Part shown: positions 28,361 to 38,476 of the stretch, in pieces
Layout: every line of letters starts with the position of its first letter
Position numbering within the stretch: the first letter of the stretch is position 1
Source of the DNA: an uncultured Nitrososphaerota archaeon
GTDB taxonomy: Archaea > Thermoproteota > Methanomethylicia > Culexarchaeales > Culexmicrobiaceae
Assembly: GCA_964462875.1 (NCBI GenBank)
Contig: CAYWZQ010000003.1
Location: forward strand, 64,189 to 128,188
Direction: 5' to 3'
DNA length: 64,000 bases
Position numbers and translations under genes: made by a program
The notes under the pieces: model-generated
Database searches by the model: none
What the model was told of the DNA's origin: nothing
What the model saw: only the letters and a program-made list of their open reading frames with translations

Positions 28361-29514
28361 TCTTCAAGCCTAATTAATCCTAGTAGAGCTATGAATGCAC
28401 CTAGAGCATTAATTATTAGTGGTGCCTGAATTCCATAGTTATCGAAGAGCATTCCACCAATGTATGGTGCTGGAAAGCTTATTAAACCTCTAAAAGCTGA
28501 AATTCCCCCCATAGCTTTACCCAAATCCTTTCTTCCAACTTTACCTGCAATGTATGTGTTTAGGGCAGGTACCCATAGTGGGGGTGTAATTCCAAATATG
28601 ATGTGTGATATTAAGTATGTATTGAAGTCTTTGCTCAGCATCCACATGAGCACTGCAAGTATTCCAAGTGCTTCAGAGATTATAAGTGATTTCTTTGCAC
28701 CAAACCTATCTATGAATTTTCCAGCTGGAATTTGGCTTATAGCCCATGAAGTGGAGAAGGCGCTTGAAAGTATGCCTAGCTGTGTTTCCGTGAACCCATA
28801 GGTCTCGGATATGAATCCATAGAGTAGAATTGAGCCAGTGCTCCATGAAAAAGTGTCTACTGCAATTATCATGTAGAGCTTCCTCATTAACCCTCGAGGA
28901 GGAATTATTCCTCTCAAAATGTCCTTCAAGTCCATTCTCCCCATATCACTTGACCTGCTCTCAGCAATCAGTAGTGCTAAGGTGAATAAGCATGCTGCTT
29001 CCATTGGAACTGCAATTGAAAATATTATTTGAAAGCCAAGCTTTTCAGCTATCCATCCACCAATTGGCGAGAAGACTGCACTTGGAAGCACTGCTGCAAA
29101 TAGAATTAAGCTGTAAATATAGCCTCTCACTTCGGGTTTGGATAGCTCTGCTATGAGTGCATTTCTAGCTGGAATTGACATGCATGAAGCTCCAATTAGT
29201 ATTGATCCAATAATCAAGTAGAATAGCTCATGCTTTAATGAAGATAGTAAGTATAGGGTTAGGCCTGCAACAATTAATCCACTTGATAGGACTATTATTC
29301 TCTTCCTACCATAGGCGTCTGAGGCAGCTCCTCCAATGAGTTGGGCTACTGTTGATAGCAATCCCATTCTACCGGAAATGGCCTCTATTAAGCCGAGCAG
29401 GGTCATTGAGGCACCCAGGCTTAGTATAAATGGCTGGTAAATTGGGTATATTAGGCTCCAATAAATACCTGAAATAAGTGATGTGGCTAGTAGTGCTAGT
29501 AGGCTTTTATGCAA
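28357..29514 (-). CDS. MFS transporter
   Basis: 385 aa with 10-12 TM helices and the loop motif 'GGAASDAYGRKRIIVLS'. Confidence 0.65.
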   Translation of the reverse strand: MHKSLLALLATSLISGIYWSLIYPIYQPFILSLGASMTLLGLIEAISGRMGLLSTVAQLIGGAASDAYGRKRIIVLSSGLIVAGLTLYLLSSLKHELFYLIIGSILIGASCMSIPARNALIAELSKPEVRGYIYSLILFAAVLPSAVFSPIGGWIAEKLGFQIIFSIAVPMEAACLFTLALLIAESRSSDMGRMDLKDILRGIIPPRGLMRKLYMIIAVDTFSWSTGSILLYGFISETYGFTETQLGILSSAFSTSWAISQIPAGKFIDRFGAKKSLIISEALGILAVLMWMLSKDFNTYLISHIIFGITPPLWVPALNTYIAGKVGRKDLGKAMGGISAFRGLISFPAPYIGGMLFDNYGIQAPLIINALGAFIALLGLIRLED

Positions 29515-29520
29515 TATTCT

Positions 29521-30135
29521 TCACCTTGATGCTTCTGGTAGTATCATTAGAATTTCCGTGGGGTCTCCTAGAGCCATGTATTTCCCCTCTAAAAACATTT
29601 TACCAACAATTGCACAGGTGATTGCATCTAAAATGTGAGTTGTAATTTTGCATTCGGCAATTAATTTTAAATTGAACATTTCAATTAGCCTTCTCCTCAA
29701 TTCATTGGGGTTCCTCTTAGCTCTTGGAAGTCCAAGAATATCCTGTGCGGCTCCTGGATAGGTTTCAATGACATTGAATCCTAGGCTTGAAAGCCTCTTT
29801 CTCAATCTAATTCCCCTAATAGTTAGTTGCCTCATTCCGCCGAAGTTTATCGGGAAAAATTTTATTCCCATTTTCCTGAGCTCCCTATCGCACTCTCTAA
29901 TGCAGTATTTTGAGTTCAAGCTCTTACCTTTAGGTAGTGCTAGGGGGGCATCGATTGCTATTATGTGGGGCTTCCATTTAATAGCCAAATCAACTATTTC
30001 ATCATCACCGTACACCGTGAATGCTCTGGCCAAATTATCGCTGAGAATGCATATTCCAGTTGGCCTGCTTTTAGATCCGGCCAGATCTATGCCCATGCTA
30101 ATCAACTTGTGCTCACCCTGGCCATGGGCGGGCAT
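29521..30135 (-). CDS. DUF429-like predicted RNase-H-fold protein
   Basis: The N-terminus 'MGIDLAGSKSRPTGICIL...IIAIDAPLALP' resembles the DUF429/COG2410 pattern. Confidence 0.4.
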   Translation of the reverse strand: MPAHGQGEHKLISMGIDLAGSKSRPTGICILSDNLARAFTVYGDDEIVDLAIKWKPHIIAIDAPLALPKGKSLNSKYCIRECDRELRKMGIKFFPINFGGMRQLTIRGIRLRKRLSSLGFNVIETYPGAAQDILGLPRAKRNPNELRRRLIEMFNLKLIAECKITTHILDAITCAIVGKMFLEGKYMALGDPTEILMILPEASR

Positions 30136-30195
30136 AAGCTTAAGTATATATTACTCTAACTGCTTATTTAGATTGAAGTTTTAAGGTGGAGATAG

Positions 30196-30549
30196 TTGAG
30201 GGAAAATGAGAGGTTAAAGAGGCGTTTCCTTGAGCTATATTCAAGCATTGAGAGGTCGAATTGGCTGTTATCAGCATTTTATGGTGATGATGACGTTTCA
30301 AGAATTAATCGAGAGCTAATTGAGAGGTGGATTAAGGCTGGAAGGAGCGGTGAACCAATAGATTATGCTTCTAGGAAGGAGCTCTCAATTCTAATTAGGA
30401 AGGCTAGATTTTATAGTGCATTGTCAGCTGGAGATGTTATTAGAAATCTCATGTATACCGATAGTTATTCAATTCTAAGATTTCCTAGAAGTGGATGGCT
30501 AGGCAAGCTCTTCGAGGTTATTAGGAGGCTTTTCTTGCCTACCACTTAA
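30196..30549 (+). CDS. hypothetical protein
   Basis: 117 aa with no recognised motif. Confidence 0.3.
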   Translation: MRENERLKRRFLELYSSIERSNWLLSAFYGDDDVSRINRELIERWIKAGRSGEPIDYASRKELSILIRKARFYSALSAGDVIRNLMYTDSYSILRFPRSGWLGKLFEVIRRLFLPTT

Positions 30550-31402
30550 ATCCATTGAGCTTAATATCCAATACTACTCTGAACTTTCTAGGTGCAACTT
30601 CACCAACAACTCTACCGCTAAAAATTTCATACTTCACGCCGAGCCTATCCAGTTCATTGGAGTAAATTTTTGAAACTTTCTCCACTGGATTCTCTCCTTT
30701 CATGCACCTAATGAACTCGTATGGATGAATGTATCCGCATCCATTTTTCAAAGCTTTTACTGCATACTTCAAGTACTTTAATGTAAGCTCCGGTAGTGGC
30801 ATTAAAACTCTATTGGCGGCATCAGTTAAGCTACCTTCTATTACTTGAGCTGCATCCCCCAGAATTGGTACTACTATGTCCTCAACTCTATTGGCTTTAA
30901 TATTGGCTTTCATGAGCTCATATGCGTTGGGGTTTAGGTCTATCGAGTAAATTTTTGCTGGTCTAGCATGTCTAGCTATTACTATTGAAAATGTTCCTAC
31001 ACCAGCAAACATGTTTACTATAACTTCTCCACTTCTAACCATTCTAGCTATTCGAATTCTCTCACTTGAAAGTCTAGGCGTGAAAAATACTTTGCTTAGG
31101 TCGACGTGGAAGATGCATCCATGTTCCCTATGAATTGTCCTAAATCTCTTTTCTCCAGCAAGCCATTCAAGCTCCATCAATCTATAGTCGCCAGTAATAT
31201 TTGATTTCTTTCTCAAAACAACCTTGACATATGGTATTTCCTTTAGCAGCTCTTGAGCTATTAAGTGTTTCTTGTGCTCTATTTGGTGTGGAACCTTTAT
31301 TACTGCAATGTCACCTATAATGTCAAACCTCTTTACAACATATTTTGCCTCATCTTCGCTGAGTATTCTTTCAGCAATTCTCTCCATAACTGGTCTTCTC
31401 AA
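30539..31402 (-). CDS. tRNA methyltransferase of the Trm5/Taw2 (Met-10+ like) family
   Basis: 'VNMFAGVGTFSIVIARHARPAKIYSIDLNPNAYELMKANIKANRV' gives the SAM-binding motifs of the Trm5/TYW2 family. Confidence 0.6.
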   Translation of the reverse strand: MRRPVMERIAERILSEDEAKYVVKRFDIIGDIAVIKVPHQIEHKKHLIAQELLKEIPYVKVVLRKKSNITGDYRLMELEWLAGEKRFRTIHREHGCIFHVDLSKVFFTPRLSSERIRIARMVRSGEVIVNMFAGVGTFSIVIARHARPAKIYSIDLNPNAYELMKANIKANRVEDIVVPILGDAAQVIEGSLTDAANRVLMPLPELTLKYLKYAVKALKNGCGYIHPYEFIRCMKGENPVEKVSKIYSNELDRLGVKYEIFSGRVVGEVAPRKFRVVLDIKLNGFKW

Positions 31403-31439
31403 TTTTGCACCCAGAGAGTTTAGGTGAATCTTAAATTTA

Positions 31440-31697
31440 TTGTTTCAACACTTTATCTATGGTTTTGGGGTGATGGAATTGAGGTACTCGAAGTACAGGT
31501 ATTTGGCTGTTCAATGTCCATATTGCGGTGAATTTAGAGCTATTAATTGCGGTGTCAAGACCTTCACGTGCTTTAGGTGTGGTAGGCGGGTTAAAATTGA
31601 GTCAGCTAAAATTATTGGTGGAGCAAATCATTATTCTGAAATAGCTGAGCTAGTTAGGAAGGCTAAAATTGGTAAGCTAAAATCCCAAGGCCCTTAG
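31440..31697 (+). CDS. small zinc-ribbon protein
   Basis: 'CPYCGEF...CFRCGRRV' gives two CxxC pairs. The true start may be the internal 'MELRYSKY'. Confidence 0.4.
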   Translation: MFQHFIYGFGVMELRYSKYRYLAVQCPYCGEFRAINCGVKTFTCFRCGRRVKIESAKIIGGANHYSEIAELVRKAKIGKLKSQGP

Positions 31698-32210
31698 ATT
31701 GTATGCTGCATGTATAATTACTGCCATGAAGTAGAGTAGTGGTGCTATAAATCTGAACTTCTTTGATAAAATAAGTCCCATTCCCATTCCTGCAATTGAG
31801 GAGGTTATCATATGCATTGGAAGTGAAGTGAATGTTCTATAGATGATCACCGCTAATGCAGCTCTCTCACCACCCCTAGCAATGGCTTGTAGGCTGTATA
31901 TCGAGTTTTCTAGAACTCCAAATCCAAGTCCAGCTAAACTTCCCATGACGAGCCAATCTCTTGCTTTTAGCATTAGGGCTATGCCTTTACAATAGATTAA
32001 TCCCATGGGTTTAAGCATTTCCTCTGTTATTGGAGCTAATATGCATGATAATATGAATGCCCTTTCATGCTCAGTTAATGGGAGGATTAAATTTAAAACT
32101 GCAATTTCAAACATAGTTGCTAGTCCAGCCACTACACTCATAAATACTCCGGTAAACAGTGAATTGATCATGCACCTATACTTTAATTCGCTCAAGCACT
32201 CCCTTTCCAC
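31677..32210 (-). CDS. CPBP-family intramembrane metalloprotease (CAAX protease/Abi-like)
   Basis: Motif 1 'APITEEMLKP' (EExxxK/R) and motif 3 'IIHAAYNL' (HxxxN), in a multi-TM protein. Confidence 0.5.
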   Translation of the reverse strand: MERECLSELKYRCMINSLFTGVFMSVVAGLATMFEIAVLNLILPLTEHERAFILSCILAPITEEMLKPMGLIYCKGIALMLKARDWLVMGSLAGLGFGVLENSIYSLQAIARGGERAALAVIIYRTFTSLPMHMITSSIAGMGMGLILSKKFRFIAPLLYFMAVIIHAAYNLRALGF

Positions 32211-32380
32211 AATTAAATTATTTGCTCTTCAAGTAAATTAGTCTATGCTCAGTTCATCGGGTTCCTCGGCAAATCTCTAACTGATTACCTGGGTCCCTGG
32301 ACGGTGTTTTCCATTGAAATTATTGAGGATTTGAAGCACAAAAAACATACTACTAGCCAGTTCATTAGCATTAAGAGGGG

Positions 32381-33103
32381 TTGACAGCTACATTGGATCA
32401 AAACTTCACTATTCAAGTTAAGCGTGCTTTAATGATGATTTTTAATGAAATAGCTTTGGAATTCAATGCTACTCGGAGGAGACCTTGGAGTGAAGCTCAC
32501 CATGTAATTGAGGGAGGCGCTTTAATAGTTGACTTGGGCTGCGGTTCCGGTAGGCATTCAGTATTAGCGGCTAAGCATGGCTGCGAAGTTATTGCAGTTG
32601 ATCTTGCAAGGGGAATGGTCGAATTAGTGAACATGAAGGCTCATGAGCTGGGCTTGAAGCATTTAATTCACCCATTAATATGCGATATGAATTATCTGCC
32701 ATTTAGAGGCGATTCAATAAATCATGCACTCTGCCTAGCAACCATACATCACATTCCATTAAAAATGAATAGGGTCAAAGCTCTAAGGGAAGTGTATAGG
32801 GTGCTTAAGGCTAATGGTAAGCTTGTTGTGAGTGTTTGGGCTAAGTTTCAGCCCAGATTCTTTAGAAAAATACCTTCAATGATTTGGAGCTACCTAACTG
32901 GTAAAGTGAGTGAGTTTGGAGACATATATGTTCCCTGGAAGTCTAGGAAGGGGGTTTTCATGAGGTTCTACCACCTATACTCTAGAAGGGAAATTTTAGG
33001 TGAACTATCAAATGCAAATTTTAGAATAGTGAAAGTTTATGGTAAAAGCTTTAAGTCAAAATTTTTCGCTGAAAACCATGTAGTGGTGGCGGTTAAAGTA
33101 TAG
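32381..33103 (+). CDS. class I SAM-dependent methyltransferase (Methyltransf_11-like)
   Basis: SAM motif I 'ALIVDLGCGSGRHSVLAAKHGCEVIAVDLARGM' and motif II/III 'LKANGKLVVSVW'. Confidence 0.7.
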   Translation: MTATLDQNFTIQVKRALMMIFNEIALEFNATRRRPWSEAHHVIEGGALIVDLGCGSGRHSVLAAKHGCEVIAVDLARGMVELVNMKAHELGLKHLIHPLICDMNYLPFRGDSINHALCLATIHHIPLKMNRVKALREVYRVLKANGKLVVSVWAKFQPRFFRKIPSMIWSYLTGKVSEFGDIYVPWKSRKGVFMRFYHLYSRREILGELSNANFRIVKVYGKSFKSKFFAENHVVVAVKV

Positions 33104-33178
33104 TGCGCCAAATTCACGGTTGAGCAGCAATCCCCCATTTTAGGGTTTCATGGGATATCGTTTTATACTCCCAATGCA

Positions 33179-34669
33179 ATGATAAGTATGGATTGCATTG
33201 AGGTAGGACAAGTAGTCATGAAGAGCATAAGGGAAGTTTTGAGGTCTAAGCGGAAGCCTGTTAGGACTATTTCAGGTGTAGCTGTAGTTGCAGTTATGAC
33301 TAAGCCCTATCCATGCCCACATGGAAAGTGCATTTACTGTCCAGGCGGCCCGGAATATAATACTCCCCAGAGCTATTATGGTAAGGAGCCGGCTTTACTG
33401 AGAGCTCAAATGTGCAATTATGATCCATATGAGCAGGTTAGGGTTAGATTAGGCCATTACGAGCTTCTTGGGCATAATCCATCTAAAGTTGAGTTAATAG
33501 TTATGGGTGGTACTTTCCCGGCCATGCCACTGGATTATCAGGAATGGTTTGTTACGATGTGCCTTGAGGCAATGAATAGATATCCAAGAGAAAAGCCGAG
33601 CAAGTGGATTAGCTTGGAAGATGCTCAGCGCAGAAATGAGCATGCAAAAATTAGATGTGTTGGAATGACATTTGAAACTAGACCTGACTGGGCTAGGGAG
33701 ATTCATGCAGATAGAATGCTCCATTTAGGTGGAACTAGAGTTGAAGTTGGAGTTCAAACAGTGTTTGAAGAAGTGCTCTCGAGGCTGGATAGAGGGCATA
33801 CAGTTAAGGATACAATTGAGGCGACGAGAATATTGAAGGACTGTGGATTCAAAGTCTGCTACCACATAATGCCGGGGCTACCTGGAAGCGATCTAGATAT
33901 GGATGAAGAGGTCTTTAACATAATATTCAGTGACCCAGACTTCATGCCGGACATGCTAAAGATATATCCAACAGTAGTCGTTAAGGGAACTAAGCTCTAT
34001 GAAATGTGGCTTAAGGGGGAGTATAAGCCTCTAACAACTCAAGAAGCCGTTGAGCTCCTAGTTAAAGTCTTACCAAGAATACCTAGATGGGTCAGAATTC
34101 AGAGAATTCAGAGAGATATTCCAGTTAATGTTATTGAGGCTGGAGTTGATAAGGGGCATTTGAGGCAAATTGTTCATTGGGAACTTGAGAAGAGGGGTTT
34201 GAAATGCAACTGTATTAGGTGTCGTGAAGTTGGCCACGTAATGCTCAAGAAGGGGTTGATCCCCAAAACCGAGAATATCAAGCTAATTAAAATGGTTTAT
34301 GAGGCTAGCCGTGGAGTTGAAGTATTTCTTTCATTTGAAGATGTTGTTCAAGACATTTTAATCGGATTTCTGAGATTGCGCATACCATCAGAATATGCCC
34401 ATAGATGGGAAGTTAATTCTAAAACTGCAATTATACGTGAGCTCCACGTTTATGGCCCCCAGCTGCCAGTTGGCTGGAAACCGACTATTGAGTGGCAGCA
34501 TAGAGGATGGGGTCAAAAGCTACTTGCAGAAGCAGAGAAAATTGCAATTGAAGAATTTGATAGGAATAGAATGTTAGTTTTATCGGGAATTGGTGTTAGA
34601 GAGTACTATAGGAAGTTTGGATATAGGAGGCTTCCCAATAGTCCATATATGTATAAGAAGCTCCGCTAA
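33179..34669 (+). CDS. elp3: Elp3-family tRNA uridine(34) acetyltransferase (radical SAM + GNAT)
   Basis: The radical-SAM cluster motif 'CPHGKCIYCPGGP' is followed by a C-terminal GNAT domain ('HRGWGQKLLAEAEKIA'). This domain order is diagnostic of Elp3. Confidence 0.85.
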   Translation: MISMDCIEVGQVVMKSIREVLRSKRKPVRTISGVAVVAVMTKPYPCPHGKCIYCPGGPEYNTPQSYYGKEPALLRAQMCNYDPYEQVRVRLGHYELLGHNPSKVELIVMGGTFPAMPLDYQEWFVTMCLEAMNRYPREKPSKWISLEDAQRRNEHAKIRCVGMTFETRPDWAREIHADRMLHLGGTRVEVGVQTVFEEVLSRLDRGHTVKDTIEATRILKDCGFKVCYHIMPGLPGSDLDMDEEVFNIIFSDPDFMPDMLKIYPTVVVKGTKLYEMWLKGEYKPLTTQEAVELLVKVLPRIPRWVRIQRIQRDIPVNVIEAGVDKGHLRQIVHWELEKRGLKCNCIRCREVGHVMLKKGLIPKTENIKLIKMVYEASRGVEVFLSFEDVVQDILIGFLRLRIPSEYAHRWEVNSKTAIIRELHVYGPQLPVGWKPTIEWQHRGWGQKLLAEAEKIAIEEFDRNRMLVLSGIGVREYYRKFGYRRLPNSPYMYKKLR

Positions 34670-34798
34670 CTACTAGAACTACCTTGCTCCTACTTCAAGT
34701 TTACATGAAATAACTTTTGAGTACTCACTTCTCATTTAGATTGTATCTTTCATCATGCTATGGGGAAAATAATTGTTCATTTGAGGCTTTGTGAATTA

Positions 34799-35032
34799 TT
34801 AATCGGTTTTTCTGGCAGTTAATCTGACTTCAATGGTTCTACCGCAATATGGGCATCTTATTATAGCTGTTGCTGGTGGTGATTCACCTACACGTTTAAG
34901 CCAGTTTTCAAAGTTTCTTAGCAAAATTAATTGCATTTCCTCATCTAGTGAGTGGAATTGGTCTATTGTCATTAGCATGTTTGAGAGGAATTCTTGAAAT
35001 CGGGGATGCTTGATTAGCTCTGAATATCCCAT
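34799..35032 (-). CDS. hypothetical small protein
   Basis: 77 aa with a C-terminal 'CPYCGRTIE'. Probably co-transcribed with the aldolase gene. Confidence 0.3.
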   Translation of the reverse strand: MGYSELIKHPRFQEFLSNMLMTIDQFHSLDEEMQLILLRNFENWLKRVGESPPATAIIRCPYCGRTIEVRLTARKTD

Positions 35033-35044
35033 TAACCTCCCTCC

Positions 35045-35845
35045 TCAAGCCCTCTTCCTAAGTTCACTTAAAACTTCCCTGCCAAACTTTATTAGTATGT
35101 CTAGATCTGAGCCTAGGGCTATGAATTTGAATCCCATTTTAATGTAGTTTAGTGCTGTTTTGAGGTCTGGGGAAGCATATATGCCAACTGGAACTCCCTT
35201 ATCAGTGCACTTATCCAATATTAGTTTAATTGCTTCTTGAACTTCTGGATGTGATGGCTCACCTATATGTCCAAGTGAAGTTGACAGGTCCCATGGACCT
35301 ATGAATGCTGCATCAATCCCCTTTACTTCTAGTATTTCATCTAGATTTTCAAGTGCCTTTTTAGTTTCAATTTGAATTATTAGCGAAATTTCACCTTGCC
35401 TAACGAATTCCAAGTATTCTTTCAGCTTTAAGCCATACATTGAAGCTCTCCTAGGACCATAACCCCTAATCCCCTCGGGTGGATACTTTACCGATTTAAC
35501 TGCGAGCTCAGCCTCTTCCTTGCTATTAACCCATGGAACAAGTATTCCATGAGCTCCTACATCTAATGCCAACTTTATCAGCACGGGATCGTTCCATGCA
35601 ACTCTAATTATGGGTGTTGACTTCTCAGCATCAACTACTTGGATCAAGTCTTGGACATCCCTAATGGTGAGTGGTGCATGCTCCATGTCAAAGAGGAGCC
35701 AATCAAATCCAATTATAGATGCAACTTCAACTAAATCCGTTGAGTCGATTGTAATCCATAGTCCGAAGGCAACTTCACCTTGCTCAAGCATGTGCTTGAA
35801 CTTATTCCTCATACAAATCACCACACCATTAAAGTAGATTGGCAA
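35045..35845 (-). CDS. HpcH/HpaI aldolase / citrate-lyase beta-like family protein
   Basis: 'LIIQIETKKALENLDEILEVKGIDAAFIGPWDLSTSLG' is the characteristic active-site region of HpcH/HpaI aldolases. Confidence 0.7.
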   Translation of the reverse strand: MPIYFNGVVICMRNKFKHMLEQGEVAFGLWITIDSTDLVEVASIIGFDWLLFDMEHAPLTIRDVQDLIQVVDAEKSTPIIRVAWNDPVLIKLALDVGAHGILVPWVNSKEEAELAVKSVKYPPEGIRGYGPRRASMYGLKLKEYLEFVRQGEISLIIQIETKKALENLDEILEVKGIDAAFIGPWDLSTSLGHIGEPSHPEVQEAIKLILDKCTDKGVPVGIYASPDLKTALNYIKMGFKFIALGSDLDILIKFGREVLSELRKRA

Positions 35846-35926
35846 TATTTAATCAGCTTTTCTAAGTTAAAGGTGAAATGATCCTGATTAATGATGAAGA
35901 CTCCAATTAATTGCCTTTACCTCTAT

Positions 35927-36760
35927 TCAGCCATGGATATGGCCTGTATAGCCTTTCAATAGCCTCCTTATCTTCTCCTCCGGATACTCATATGGCTTCA
36001 ATTTCCCACTGAAATAGTCTTCGCATACCTTCAAGTCTAGTAAGCCATGTCCGCATAGTAGGAACAGTATAGTTTTCTCTTCATTACTTCTCTTGCACCT
36101 TATTGCCTCATCTATGACTGCTCTTATTGCATGGGCTGGTTCTGGAACTGGAATTATTCCTTCAGTCTTAGCGAATAGTGTTGCAGTCTTAAATACTTCA
36201 ACTTGATTATATGCCCTTGTCTCCACTGCTCCATGCCTATATATGAGGCTTAGGGTGGGTGCGATTCCATGATACCTCAGTCCATCTTCATGTATTGATG
36301 GCGGGATGAATGAGTGCCCTAAGGTATGCATTTTAAGCATTGGTGTGAGTCTCGGGTATCTCCATGATCATACGTATAGTATCCCTTAGTGATTGATGGG
36401 CATGCAGTTGACTTTACCGCTATGAGCCGTATCGCTACCTTTTTGCTCTTGATTTCCTCATAGTAGAATGGCCATATTAAGCCTGAAAAGCTATTTCCCT
36501 CACCTATGCAACCTATTATTATGTCCGGTTTTCATCAAGCAATTCGAATTGACTTATTGCTTCCAATCCAATCACAGTTTGATGTATAGGACATGATTTA
36601 ATACGCTGCCGAGCGCGTACTTTGTATTCTCATTCTTGACTGCATCTTCTAATGCCTCACTAATAGCTATTCCCAAATCCCCCGGATGATTTGGATTTTC
36701 TTCTAGAAATTTTCTTTCACATTCCGTTCTATAACTTGGGCTTCAGAGTTAGGAAGGATG
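35927..36760 (-). pseudogene. trpB: tryptophan synthase beta-like (TrpB2-type) pseudogene: C-terminal ~280 codons with at least three frameshifts and in-frame stops; N-terminal half absent
   Basis: Minus-strand translations give '[20 protein letters not shown]' (frame c), then '[15 protein letters not shown]' (frame b), then 'KPDIIIGCIGEGNSFSGLIW...YYTYDHGDT' (frame a). After one more shift comes the listed ORF 'RLTPMLKMHTLGHSFIPP...EGIIPVPEPAHAIRA...LFLLCGHGL'. These are all collinear with TrpB2. The fold-type-II GGGSN loop is mutated to GEGNS. Two TGA codons lie directly upstream of the KPDIII block. Confidence 0.6.
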
Positions 36761-36837
36761 GAAAAATTGTTAGCGGTAACATTGAAATACCATTCACTTA
36801 GATTGGACGTGAAGTTGGTGTTGATAGAAGAACAGTA

Positions 36838-37131
36838 ATGAATACCGTGAAGACCATACTCTCATGTTCAGAGCTTAAAAGAATTTTCTCGAAATTAAGG
36901 CAGGTATATTTGCTTCTGAAGGCTGCACCTGAGTTTGACTTAAACGTGATAGTATTTATCCCAAAGGATGCACTATTGAAAGTAACTAAGCTAATTGCTG
37001 AAAAGAACATCTCCACAATTCAGGCCTATGCTGAGGATCTTGAAATGAGTCTCGAACACAAGTTTATCATAGTTATTAAGGGAGATATACCTTTAGAGTT
37101 ATTTAAAGAAAGAATTGAGAAATTTACCTGA
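36838..37131 (+). CDS. hypothetical protein (occupies the position of the missing trpB 5' half, opposite strand)
   Basis: 97-aa ORF 'MNTVKTILSCSELKRIF...KFIIVIKGDIPLELFKERIEKFT' with protein-like composition and no recognised motif. Confidence 0.3.
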   Translation: MNTVKTILSCSELKRIFSKLRQVYLLLKAAPEFDLNVIVFIPKDALLKVTKLIAEKNISTIQAYAEDLEMSLEHKFIIVIKGDIPLELFKERIEKFT

Positions 37132-37230
37132 AACAAAAAGCATTGCCATATATTGACTTAATAGTCTCTTGAGTGCTGACCCCAATATGTGTCAATGTAG
37201 AGTTATATTTTAATTCGCTTAAATTTAAGT

Positions 37231-38385
37231 GTGTCAGTGCTAATTGTTGGTGGTGGTTTTTCAGGGCTTCTCTTGGCTAAGCTTATTGGTGATGGGGTAC
37301 TTGTTTTTGAGGAAGATGGGCATGTGGGTTTGCCGGAGCACTGTGCTGGTATTGTGAGTCCTAAGACTTTGAAGCTAATTGGTGCACCTAAAAGTTTGGT
37401 TGAAGCTGAATTTGATGAATTGAGGATTTGCTTTGGAAGTAGCTTTCTTAGCTTTAGGGGTGATCCAATAGTAGTCAAGATTGATAGGGTAATGCTTGAA
37501 GAGTACTTGTATAGTGAGGCTCTAAGTAGTGGGGCGGAAATTAGGCTTGGAGCTAGGGTTTCCGGAGTTGATGTTGATGGTAGAGTTCTAGTTGGGAGTG
37601 AAGTTTTCAGGGGCAATGTTGTAGTGCTTGCTGAGGGTGCTAAGAGATGCTTTTCTAGAGCTCTTGGTTTAATTGATGAATGTGATGCTTATCATGGAAT
37701 TCAAGTTAGATTGAGGGCTTCAAGCTCAATTAATAGGATCGAGGTTTATGTTATGGAGATGCTCGGCGACTTCTTCTCATGGCTAGTTCCAATAGTTGAG
37801 AGCAGGCAAGTTATAGTTGGCTTAGCTTCTCGCTCAGCTAGGAACTTGAGGTATAAGCTTAATGCATTAGTGAGCCTGCTTGAAAGACAGGGTAAGCTTA
37901 GAGTTCATGGCGAAATAAAGTGGTTTGGAGGAACCATATTAACTGGCCCGGTTGGCAGAGTTGTTAATGGTAGGGTTGTTGGTATAGGTGATGATGTTCA
38001 AATGAATAAGCCATTAACTGGTGGAGGTTTATATCCATCGGCAATTGCAGCTAGGATATTGGCTGAAGAAGTTAATTCTGCGTTAAATGGTGATTTCAAT
38101 TTTGGGGAAGCCATAGCTAATTATACTGTTAAAGTCAAGCCACTAATTAAACTATTAAGAACGGCTTATGCAGCTACCAAGATTTTGAGATTTTCAAACT
38201 ACTTCATCCCTAAAACTATTGCTATGGGTGCTTCAAAACTCAATTTAAGCAGTAAACTGCTAGCTGAAATCGACTATGATGAGCACTATAATAGCCTGCT
38301 TAAATCTATAATTTCAAATCCATTTAGGCTCGCAGAATTCACCGCATCAATGCTGATCGGTATGGCTAGCTACTTAGCCTCCTAA
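37231..38385 (+). CDS. FAD-dependent oxidoreductase, geranylgeranyl reductase family
   Basis: N-terminal dinucleotide fold 'VLIVGGGFSGLLLAKL...FEEDGHVGLPEHCAGIVS', about 380 aa as for archaeal GGR-like enzymes. Confidence 0.65.
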   Translation: MSVLIVGGGFSGLLLAKLIGDGVLVFEEDGHVGLPEHCAGIVSPKTLKLIGAPKSLVEAEFDELRICFGSSFLSFRGDPIVVKIDRVMLEEYLYSEALSSGAEIRLGARVSGVDVDGRVLVGSEVFRGNVVVLAEGAKRCFSRALGLIDECDAYHGIQVRLRASSSINRIEVYVMEMLGDFFSWLVPIVESRQVIVGLASRSARNLRYKLNALVSLLERQGKLRVHGEIKWFGGTILTGPVGRVVNGRVVGIGDDVQMNKPLTGGGLYPSAIAARILAEEVNSALNGDFNFGEAIANYTVKVKPLIKLLRTAYAATKILRFSNYFIPKTIAMGASKLNLSSKLLAEIDYDEHYNSLLKSIISNPFRLAEFTASMLIGMASYLAS

Positions 38386-38476
38386 GTTTTGCTTAGAGTA
38401 AGAGTTTTATATTTGTCCAATAAATTTCTTGGAGTCAATAGCTCTAGAGCCACTATACATGGGTTAGGGTGGTGTT

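Noticed and set aside
36798-37016. 72-aa minus-strand ORF
   Set aside because: It is not collinear with TrpB, has low-complexity sequence, and overlaps the better-looking plus-strand 97-aa ORF.
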